Source: Folioceros fuciformis (Eukaryota). Taken from it: DNA of 64,000 nt. The stretch is taken from positions 77,203 through 141,202 of the forward strand of contig JBNGIO010005803.1 in assembly GCA_049999805.1 (NCBI GenBank), given 5' to 3'. A model generated the notes under the pieces. The model searched no databases and was not told the origin of the DNA. It saw nothing but the letters and a program-made list of their open reading frames with translations. The translations under genes and the position numbers were made by a program. Shown in pieces: positions 36,497 through 45,959 of this stretch (position 1 is the first letter of the stretch; each line of letters starts with the position of its first letter).

Positions 36497-37921
36497 CTAC
36501 AGATTGTACAGAGGGCGATCCGTCCAAGCACCAGCAACGTGCCCGTTTTCACACACAAAAGCCCGGACAACTGGCTCCCCGTCATCGTGGTACTCGTGTG
36601 ACCTCCTGAGGCAAAATGTGGAGACCATGTCCCACGTCCGAGGCGATGAGCAGAACGCACAGCACATTCCTGCCTTCCTTGGTTTCAAGTCTTTGAGGTT
36701 TCGCCAGATCTGCGAGGCTTTGAAATTCTTGAACACACCGCGAAAAAGCTTGTACTTCCTCCGCTTCCCGGGATGCATGCACCCAGGCCAGTCACAGATA
36801 TACAGAATGTCCGCTCGGAATCGACTTGCCAGCAGCTTGTTACCCTGCTCTCTTGTCAAGTTCCACATGCCGCACGCCAAATGAGGCTCTTCGTGAGAGC
36901 AACATGCACCATTTCTCAGCCCATCTTTACGGCGGTCATCTACCCTCTTCTTTCTCTTCACTCTGTCGATCCTTGTGTCCTGAGATGAGAATGACGAGCT
37001 TGGCCTGGCGTCTGGATCCACCTGGGGAGCCCCATCAGCACCACCGGTGTCATCTTCGCAGCCCAGAACATGGTGGGGCAAATCGTCCGGCTTGTCATCT
37101 GGAGGAAAGACATTGGCAGCATCAGTTCGAGTATGCCAGCCAGAGGGCGGTTGCACTGGAGTGCCCTTCCCCGATACTACATCAACTCCATGGCGAAGTT
37201 GGTCATCACCACCGTTTTTCCCACCCTCCTGCTGGGCATTGGGCAGCTCAGCAGTAGTTGAAGAACCCGAAGCGAGCTGCACACTTGCTTGTCTGCTGGC
37301 CCTCTCCTTAGCAATTTCGGCAGCCGCTTCCGAAATATCCTGCTCGACGCCAAAGGTAACCTTCTTGCCAGCACTCTTCTTCATTCCTTGAAACGGCTCC
37401 TCGTCCACCTCCCCAGACTTCCTCTTCCCAGTCCGAAACTCCTCGCTCGATCCCAACTCTCTCTCGAGGCCGAAGTCCCAACACTCGAGCATGACACCTG
37501 CGTGACGAAGCCCAGGACAGCACACCAGCAGCTTCTGGAGGGCACCCCAACCTCCAGGCGGCTCTGGAGCATGATGATCCGTTCGGTGAGGCCCTTGCAT
37601 GAGATCCGACACTAAGGCAGGAACCACCCGCAAGCACTGCCTTCTCCACACGGTATGCTTGATCACTCTGGCAAAACGAACACACACGCATGCAAGCCGC
37701 GCCAGGTGCCTGGGATCATCCTCCAACCTGGTAAAGATGTTCACCAGAATATCCTCCGAGATCTTGGAGAAGAAATAAGACGGAATTTGGTCTAGCAGAT
37801 CCGGCATCCTGATGTCGAACAGATTGGCATGGTCCGAAGCCCTAAGACAGTCCTGCATGGCAATGTTGAGCATAGATTCCAACGACAGAGCAGAGATCCT
37901 GATGTCACAAGGGACGGCCAT
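36497..37921 (-). CDS. EID1: Phytochrome A-associated F-box protein EID1-like, single coding exon
   Basis: EDILVNIFTRLEDDPRHLARLACVC, PPGGW..L.KL..CCPGL.HAG, DFGLERELG, REQGNKLLASRFR, LFRGVFKNFK, CAFC, HDDGEPVVRAFVCENGHVAGAWT. First in-frame ATG at 37921. Confidence 0.92.
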   Translation of the reverse strand: MAVPCDIRISALSLESMLNIAMQDCLRASDHANLFDIRMPDLLDQIPSYFFSKISEDILVNIFTRLEDDPRHLARLACVCVRFARVIKHTVWRRQCLRVVPALVSDLMQGPHRTDHHAPEPPGGWGALQKLLVCCPGLRHAGVMLECWDFGLERELGSSEEFRTGKRKSGEVDEEPFQGMKKSAGKKVTFGVEQDISEAAAEIAKERASRQASVQLASGSSTTAELPNAQQEGGKNGGDDQLRHGVDVVSGKGTPVQPPSGWHTRTDAANVFPPDDKPDDLPHHVLGCEDDTGGADGAPQVDPDARPSSSFSSQDTRIDRVKRKKRVDDRRKDGLRNGACCSHEEPHLACGMWNLTREQGNKLLASRFRADILYICDWPGCMHPGKRRKYKLFRGVFKNFKASQIWRNLKDLKPRKAGMCCAFCSSPRTWDMVSTFCLRRSHEYHDDGEPVVRAFVCENGHVAGAWTDRPLYNL

Positions 37922-40189
37922 CCAACCGGAGCCGAACCCGGCTACACAGACGGGAGATGATGAAACACCGACCTCCTTCTCCTCTCCCCCGCCTTTCCCA
38001 ACACGCCCTTTTCCCTTGCCCACCACCTCAAGGCTCAAACCGACACGCCCCACCCGAGCTGAGGTAGCTACCCAGCGTTCAGAACGCCCCCAATGAATGC
38101 TTCACCGAACCATGCCCTCGTCCTCCGGTGCTGCACCCAACACGCCAGTCTCCCATGCCCACCACCTCCAGGCTCCAACTGACACGCTCCACCACAGCTT
38201 ACACCGCTACCCAGCGCTCACGAGGCCGCAATTCTCCATCAAACCATGCCCTCCGTCTCCCGCACGCGGAACCGGAACTGGCCCCCACTTTCCTTCCACA
38301 AGCACATTGTGCCCACAACCCCCGGCTCGAAGGCCCATAGCCATGGCACCATCCCCTCGGCCGGGCGGAGCTGCGAGGCCGGGCGTCCAGTCACCAACCG
38401 CCCAGCACACAGGGGCGAAAACGAGGAACTCCTTCACCACAGGCCACTACTCCTCGGAAGTGTGCCGGCAAGCAAATCCCCCACCCCTTCTTGAATCAGG
38501 CGATCCCGGCATGCAGAGCACTCGGTCCGGCGTGTTGCGTCCACCTTGCGCGACCCTCCACGGCAGCGGCAGCGGCAGCGGCAGTCAGCAAATCGGCAGA
38601 GGGCAGAGTCCACACCCGGATTGAATGAGCGGGAGAGGGACGTAAGACGACAGACGCACATGGGGGCCGGGGCTCTGGCAGCCACCGCCCACACAAGCTA
38701 CATATCAAGGCAGCCAATGAGGAGGCGAGGCCGGACGGGAGGGCATTCCAGAATCATTTGCAGACGCTAGGAGCACATGAGATCGGTGCCGGGGATTGGA
38801 GCCGTGAAACGCACGAATCGCCCGCCTCGGACAGGTGCGGCCAGATAAGTAAATTCGCCGTGAGGGTGAGGCGGAGAATCGGGGTGGGCGGGAAGAACGT
38901 GGCCGCCCTCTCCACGGCCATGTGGCCAAGGGGGCTCCAGCTCCAAGCCTGGCGCAATTCCTCTTCAGCGTGACGTCGCCCGGGTTCTGGTCCGAGCGCC
39001 CTCCTCTGTCATGGCGTCTCGCCAATGGCAGATCTTTGGCAGCTGTGTGGCCCTCATGGAAGCTGCCCAACAGTGGCTGCCACCATTGGTCGTGTTTTGG
39101 GACGGACGCGTGCCACTGGCAGGAGACTGAGAATTGGGAAATGGGAGATACTGGATTTGCGTGAAACTTTAAAGAATCCGGCTCATGACCAGACCCTCTC
39201 CTTCTCCTGCTCCTTCTCCTATTCCTATTGGACGACACCATGCTGGATGCCTTGGCTGAGCAGTGGTGATGTCTTGTCACCCATACATGCAGGAAGTGGG
39301 GGCGGAAGCGGACGGGATGCGGTGTGCCGTGCCCATCGGACACCTGTCGCAACGGTTTCTCTCGTCTTACGATGTGACATGATCTCTGTGTTACTGTGAC
39401 GATTGCTGATAACTTGCGTGCTAGACACGTTGAGCAGAACGTCAGCCGAGCTCACCTGCATACGTGACTGCATACACGCCTCTCTTTTCTCTATCCTTCT
39501 TCTACTCACTCCATTGTCCATTTGCGGTCACAGCTTGAGCAGTACATGCTGTAAGAATTGAAGGATTCACCAGGAAGTCTTGTCTCCTACTACAGGATAG
39601 ATGTTAGGTCCTCTCTCGAGATACCCATTTGCAAATTCCACTCCACAACTCTCCACGTCTTAGAGACGCTTCCTAAAATATTCTTAAGTATTCCATCCTT
39701 TTGCAAAATTAAGAGAGCACATCCAGACATTGCTGGCAAAATATCTAGGTTCTTGAATGTGGAGCAGGTTACCCTGTTTGTAGGATATTCCATCAGTGTG
39801 ATTGAATCACCTGTTTTGGATACCACATGCATTTGTAGGGAAGAGGAAGAACCACACATCTTTCCTTTCTGTGTAGATTGAAAGGATTGCTTGTTGTCTA
39901 TGCTACATACATTGGTTGCAAAGAGGAAGAACCACACAAGCTTTCCTTCTTACATAGATTGAAAGGACTTCAAGATGTGCCAATGTTTCTGTCTTCCTAC
40001 AAGGAAAGAATTTGGGTCACAAGATGGTTCATTCGCAAAAGCTCAGTCAGTGCATTCAGTACATCGTATGTTTGAACGCAAGCAACGCGATTCTTATTGG
40101 AGAACATGGAGAGTGCCAGGCAAGGATTGTACCAAGCGAAGGGCCGTGGAGCACGAGTTCGTGGATTGAGACGATGCTGAAAAGACGGC

Positions 40190-41160
40190 CACATGTTGAA
40201 GCAAAGACGAAAGCGGGTGTGGAGCTGTTAAACAGGCTGTCCACGCTCGGCTAAGTATCCAGGCCCGGCTATAGGTGGTGAGCCTGCTGCAGTCGCGCGC
40301 GCAGTATGCAAAGCATGGAACGAGACTTTGGAATCGCCGAGGCTGTTGAAGGCTCTTCTCGAAGGGCGTGAACGAGAGCCAGATCACGTACTGTGCGTCG
40401 TGTGGAGACGCGAGGTTGATCCCGTTAGTTGCATCGAGCATTCCGCATGCCACCACTCGTACAAACTCCAGCGCTCATCATGGCCTCGCGAGACTCAATC
40501 TTTCCGGTGGATGCTCCTACCGTGGGTACACGGAGTTGTGAATTTCATCGGATGGAAGGACCCCGGCCGGGGGGCCTGGAGCTCACGATATCTACAGCGC
40601 CAAAGCTGCTCTGGTGGGAGATTGTCGTGGTCCGGCACCTAGGCGACCCGCCGCACAGTCTTGGGCCCGGGTATCGATCCTGCCTATTGGCCTGACGCTG
40701 CGGCATTTGGTAGGTGTGTGGTGGACGCCAAGGCTCGCTACTACAAGATAGTGGCGGGGTCGCTCCTTCAAGCCGGCATGCACGCTTCTGGATGGTTGTG
40801 ATGTCAGACAATGCGCTCTATCGACGGACTTACGTTTTCGATTCCACAGTCGGGAGGTGGAACATGAACTGAAAAGCGATCCGTTCCCGGGGGTTCATCA
40901 GAGCGGACTGAGCGGACACGGAGTGTTCATTGGGAACCACGCTATACTGCGTGGATGCGAGATGGTGCAATCTGTGCATGTACGGCCTGAGGCAGAACCA
41001 GTGGAGCTGGCAGCAGGTGCAAACGCCTCCAGGCTTGATCATGTCCGACATCAAACTCGTCTGCGTGAGGGATCGGTTGCTGTGCCTGACCCTAAACTGG
41101 CGCGAAGAGGAACCACATCTGGACATTGGATGGTGGTACAAGGTGTGTGAAGTAGAAAGT
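40190..41160 (+). pseudogene. Decayed F-box / F-box-associated (kelch-like) gene
   Basis: RAVCKAWNETLESPRLL (40298-40348) is an F-box C-terminal signature. Later YVFDSTVGRW and LYC...LCMY.L....W...P...KLV....RL pieces are broken by stops and frameshifts. Confidence 0.6.
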
Positions 41161-42414
41161 CCCATAGAAGGAAATGAAATCCTTCTATGGAAATCCGTTC
41201 ACTCTAATAGAATTCTTCTTTTGCAGCAGCATGTCAGCAAAGTGTCCATCTCCCATTTCCATCCGTCTCGTTCGCAATACCTTCTACACCAACGCACGCA
41301 CACACTTCTATGTACATACATGGTACCTCTCTGTCTCATGTATTCCTACATTCAGGCCCTTGAACGGCTGCTGCTTCACCAGATCCAGTCTCCAATTGAT
41401 TGCCTAAACAATTCCCTACTCCGCAGGTGGTGCGAGACCATTTCCGACGGGACGCCACCCGATCTGGAAGGTGAAAGCAGAGACTAATCGGTCACACAAA
41501 GTGAAGCAAAGAGACTGAGGACACGCGTTGAGAGCAAAGCTCGAAGTCGAGACAGAGCCAGGCTAGGGCAGGAGAGGTTGAAGCAGAAGCGAGCGCGTTG
41601 CAGACCTCGCCAGCTCTGGGGAAGGGAAATGCTTTCTGGAGCAGGAACGAGTTACGAGGCTCGGATCTGTCCACTTGAATAGCGCCTTGCCGCTTTCCAT
41701 AGCCTTCCTTCCCTTGATGCAAGATTGGGATTGTGGATGCCAGACAGAGGGCGACATCGACGACTGCAGAGTGTGTACTTAAAGAGTCCTATGCTGCCCA
41801 AAACAAGTTGGGAAACTACGAGTTGGCAACCCTGGTTTGTGAGGTTGGCAACCTGTTACGTCGTGAGAGTCAGAGGACAGGAGAGAGGTGGGCCTGAACG
41901 CCGACACCCAGGTTACACGAGAGCGTGAGGCGGTGTTTGTGCATTGGCATCGGGGCTGCTGCTGCATCCGAATATGCGGCAGGTCAGAGTTTTGGGAAGC
42001 GCGTCGATGGGAGTGTTGCACTCGCTCGAGGGCGTACACTCATCTCGTGTGCCTGTCAGGAGAGGGATCAGAGTCCAGCAAGGACGCCTTGGTTGAGAGG
42101 AGACACATGATTGCGGAGGCGAGAGGCACCATCTTACATGCACGCTCCCATCGTATGTGTACGTTGTGTCGATTCGGCCAACAAGTACACTTGGCTCCAC
42201 AGAAGTGAAACAGACCCATGAGGACTACACGGGCGACCTACAGGAAAATTTGCTGGCCACAGTAGCCCTGTTCCAAACAACCTTAGCAAAGTCACACATC
42301 TGTTGCACACACCCTGCTCCCACGCTGCCGGGCGAGATTCCGCTCAGGGCAGGAAACTTGCACCTCCTTCAGCTGGGCAACAAACCACTGGGGCACCCTT
42401 CACTGCTGTCTACG

Positions 42415-43260
42415 GCATCGCCTTCCACGCTCAACGTCACCCTAGCTTTTCCAAGCTCTCAGAAAATCATTCCAGTCCACACGGGCATTCACAGGTGGAG
42501 ATGGATTGCAAGCAGAGGAAACCCCTCCCAACAACCCCCAAACTCCCACATTTTTCACACGTTTTCCAAAGAGGTACCGGCTACCACATTCTCTTCCGGG
42601 CCTCTTCCACGAATCTGTGATTGAAGCTGCATATCCTACAACAGGGATCGCTGTCGTGATGGCCTCCTTCTGCATACTTGCATCCAGAGCCAACGCTTCT
42701 TCCCCTCTCCCCCAACGAATGCATCCTGCGATCCCATGGCACACAGCTCCTTCCAGCGAAATTGGCATACACGTTCACCAAATCAGTAGTAACAAATTCT
42801 TTATCCCTAACAGCACTCGCTCGAATACCAGCATTCAGCATCCAAGTCTCCTTCCTGCCAAGGCACACGCCTGGCCTCTGGGAAGGTGCGACTGGATGGC
42901 ATGCAAACCTGCTACTCGCATCGGAGCATACAGGCTGATAGCCACCCATGGCGAGCATAAGCCCAACCCCTGGAGGACTACATGCATACATTTGGCATGA
43001 GCATTCTGGCCACCACCTGCACTGCCTCCTCCCACTTGCCATGCGAGGCACACATACCCTTGATGTGGTAAGCCGAAAAAGCGTCTCATTCGTACTCATT
43101 CCCGATAGCCAGGAGTATGCCCCCTGCCTAGCACACACTAGTCTGCCCCCCGCCTAGCACTCCTTCTCTGCAATACACTTCTTCCCCGCAGCATACAAAG
43201 GAGAATTGGTAAAATAACCACCAGGATGCACCATGCGCTGCAAAGCTTCAACAGATCTTC
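42415..43260 (-). pseudogene. Heavily decayed, internally deleted PLS-PPR relic, closest in this window to the KP-type gene
   Basis: Fragments VEALQRMV..LYAAGKKCIAEKE, MCASHGKWEEAVQV, AISLYAPMR, TDLVNVYA, GRGEEALALDASMQKE and GDVERGRRC. There is an exact 20-nt match of 42434-42415(-) to 8078-8097(+). Confidence 0.75.
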
Positions 43261-44415
43261 CATATTCTCTGTAACCGTGGACCCCTAAACCGAGAATCAC
43301 ACCAGAGAATACCACCAGTCAGCACTGGCTACATCGGCATCGCCATGCTGGTCGTCATAATTCAACAGAGCTTCCACATTCTTCGAACCTTGAACCCCTA
43401 ATACGAGAGTCCCACCAAAAAGCACCGACTACATCGGCATCGCCATCACGCTCGTCATACTTTCAACAAAGGTTCCAAATTCTCCGCAACCAGAACCCCT
43501 AATGAGAAAATCCCACCAAACAGCACTGGCTCCATCGGGATCGCCATGCTGCTCATCATATCGATATGCCATCTGCGCTAGCTCAGACGACGTAACGCCG
43601 AGTCAGTGTTTCATCTCTACCATCGCAGATAGCGCATCAATCCCAAGAACAGCATACCGATGCCGATCCCACCAAACAGCAACAGCTCTACCGGCATCGC
43701 CATGCTGCTTGTCATATCGATACCCCATCTGCGCTAGTTCAGACGAAACAACGGCTGGTCTGTGTTTCTCTCTACTATCGCAGATGGTGCATCAATCCCA
43801 CGAACAGCATACCGATGCAGATCCGAGCAAACATCGTCATCACCCTGCTGCTCAGCACCGGCTCCATCGGCATCTCCCTGCTGCTCGGCATCGGCTCCAT
43901 CGGCATCGCCATGCTGATCGTCACATCGATACCCCATCTGCGCTAGTTCAGACGAACCAACGGCTACTCTTGTGCTTCGCATCCACTATCGCAGATGGTG
44001 CATCAATTCCCAGAACAGCATATCGAAGCCGATCCCACCAAACAGCCCCGGCTACACATCGCCGTGCAACTCGTCATACTTCACCAGAGCTTCCACCTTC
44101 TTTCTCCCTAACCCTGAAACCCACAGTCTTCGTAACCCTGAACCCCGCATCTGAGAATTCCACGAGAGAATCCAACCAAACAGCACCAGCTCCATCGACA
44201 CCGCCATGTTGCCCCTCACATCGATACCCCATCTGCGCTAGTTCAGACGAAACAACGCCTGGTCTGTATTTCGTTTCTACTATCGCAGATGGTGCATCAA
44301 TCCCACGGACAGCACACCGATGCCGATGGAGTCGGTGCATGCAACAAACGAACAAAAAGTGGATGCTCCAAGGAAAACAGAAGGAAAACAGAGCGATGCC
44401 GATGGAGCCGCTGTA
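43260..44415 (-). ncRNA. Tandem array with four ~150-nt fold-back units (43523-43668, 43678-43822, 43887-44036, 44183-44338) plus orphan arms; candidate pre-miRNA/hairpin-RNA cluster
   Basis: On -, TTGATGCACCATCTGCGATAGT pairs with ACTAGCGCAGATGGGGTATCGA (22 bp, 2 mismatches, 2 G-U). Both arms are identical in units 2-4 while the loops differ, and a long lower stem is present. The repeat is certain; the RNA function is inferred. Confidence 0.45.
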
Positions 44416-44582
44416 ACAAAAAACGTAGAAGCCCTAAGAAAGGTACAGCTGTCCAGTCGAACATCCGAGCTCCAATGCAGCGAGGAGTAGGTAATCAATT
44501 CTATTTTCTACATTGTGGGAAAACACTGACCAATCTTTGCGAAATTGGGAGAAAACTGTTCGCCAATCGCCGATTGTGATTT

Positions 44583-44620
44583 TAGGGTTTCGGCAGGCCG
44601 CCCTGTTTTGTGCTATATAA
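44583..44620 (+). promoter_or_regulatory. Telo-box + TATA promoter of the snoRNA cluster
   Basis: TAGGGTTT 44583-44590 and TATATAA 44614-44620. Further telo-box-like motifs at ~44728, 45527, 45540 and 45615. Confidence 0.55.
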
Positions 44621-45066
44621 CCGCAGAATAGTGGCAGTGCTAAACCAGCGTGTCCGATGGCCAGTGCCAGCTGCTCGTTGTTTAGGGCCGCCGGCGCCCT
44701 CGCCTTCGTCCGCGAGCTTGGTTGTTTAGGGTTAGCACGAGATGGTCTGTGTGGCGTCTTGCTGTCTTCCCCGCCGAACTGGGATACCTTCTCAGATGTG
44801 TCGTTGCCATCTTCTGGCGTCGTCCCTGGACACGGTGGGCTGCCTGGAATCATGGAACTGGGCGTGCCGAAGAGCAAGGTTCGACTTATCTCACTTGCTT
44901 TCTTGTGAGCTATTCGAGGTGCCATTACCTCATTCCGTCTCTCCCGGACTGTGTATGCAGATCACTCGGTCGCGGAAGGGTAAACGCAACGGGCCCAAGT
45001 TTCTGAAGCCGTACCCAGTGATCTCCAGATGTGTGTAAGTGGTCTTCCTCGTATATGGTGACCCAC

Positions 45067-45161
45067 GGCTGTGTCATAGTCTTCCTGGGTGGCTTCTCAG
45101 GCAGCCCACAGCTGAAGATAATCTGCTAGTGAGGCGTTCTGCCACCCGGACAAAGACATCC
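45067..45161 (+). ncRNA. Possible H/ACA-like snoRNA or fragment
   Basis: Hairpin GGCTGTG/CACAGCT with an internal pocket and upper stem CCTGGG/CTCAGG. AGATAA (H box) at 45116 lies ~14 nt from the pocket; ACA at 45156 or 45190. The second hairpin is weak and no target was identified. Confidence 0.25.
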
Positions 45162-45282
45162 TTGCTTTTCTGATTCATTGAGGGTGTGAACATTCTCTGA
45201 TGTGAGTCAAGTAATCCTGGATGACATGAGCTGGTGTTTGGTCTTCAGTCGTCTGTTCGGTCCTGTCCAATTTCTCTCATCT

Positions 45283-45368
45283 AGATGGATGTGATGACAC
45301 TTTCCCCAAATGATCGAATATGATTCGACTTTGCAATACTCCAAGCCAGGAACTTGTCTGATCCGTTT
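45283..45368 (+). ncRNA. Box C/D snoRNA copy 1 (SNORD12/snR190-like)
   Basis: C box GTGATGA 45291-45297, guide CTTTCCCC, D' ATGA 45310-45313, D CTGA 45358-45361, terminal stem AGATGGA/TCCGTTT. Confidence 0.85.
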
Positions 45369-45412
45369 GTTTGTCACCACCCAAGGTTTTCATCTTTCTA
45401 CGGTTGCAGTCT

Positions 45413-45492
45413 CGGACATGATGATCCTTTCCCCGAATGATCGAATATGATTCGACTTTGCGCTTATCCAAGCCAGGAACTCTGTTGATCCG
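45413..45492 (+). ncRNA. Box C/D snoRNA copy 2
   Basis: C box ATGATGA 45418-45424, guide CTTTCCCCG, D' ATGA, variant D TTGA 45485-45488, stem CGGA/TCCG. Confidence 0.75.
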
Positions 45493-45622
45493 TCAATTCT
45501 CAGTGTCAAAGCATGTGTTTCATCGTTAGGGTTTAGGTCTAGGGTTTTTAAGATAATCGTTATTCGCCGAGTGATCGAAAAGAGAAGGATTTTTGGTTCA
45601 TTACGTCATTACCCTAGGGTTT

Positions 45623-45702
45623 CGGACATGATGACACTTTCCCCGAATGATCGAATGTGATTCGATTGTGCTGTATTCCAAGCCAGGAACTCGTCTGATC
45701 TG
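45623..45702 (+). ncRNA. Box C/D snoRNA copy 3
   Basis: C box ATGATGA 45628-45634, guide CTTTCCCCG, D CTGA 45695-45698, stem CGGA/TCTG. Confidence 0.85.
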
Positions 45703-45784
45703 TAATCAGTGTTGCACTGGGCATGTGGGTGGGATAAGTGCTGTTTTCAGGCGTGTGTGTTGATTTGTTTCTCCATTCTTGACC

Positions 45785-45863
45785 TGGACAAGATGATACT
45801 TTCCCCAAATGATCGAATATGATTCGATTCGTAACACTCCAAGCCAGGAACTTATCTGATCCA
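45785..45863 (+). ncRNA. Box C/D snoRNA copy 4
   Basis: Variant C box AAGATGA 45790-45796, guide CTTTCCCC, D CTGA 45856-45859, stem TGGA/TCCA. Confidence 0.75.
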
Positions 45864-45959
45864 CTTCTTGCTTTTTGTAGTGTCGTGTAGCCTGAAAAAT
45901 GTCTTCAGTTTTCCTTTCAAAAAATGTGTTACTTTTCCTCTTGGTTTTCGTTCGATTTC

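Noticed and set aside
43502-44416. 304-aa repetitive ORF on +
   Set aside because: The repeat units are read in different frames along the ORF, so there is no protein-level constraint. It is a by-product of the GC-rich array.
45283-45863. CRISPR-like repeat/unique-spacer pattern
   Set aside because: Repeats are ~75-80 nt with spacers of ~45-130 nt, there are no cas genes and the context is eukaryotic. C/D boxes and an rRNA guide explain the pattern.
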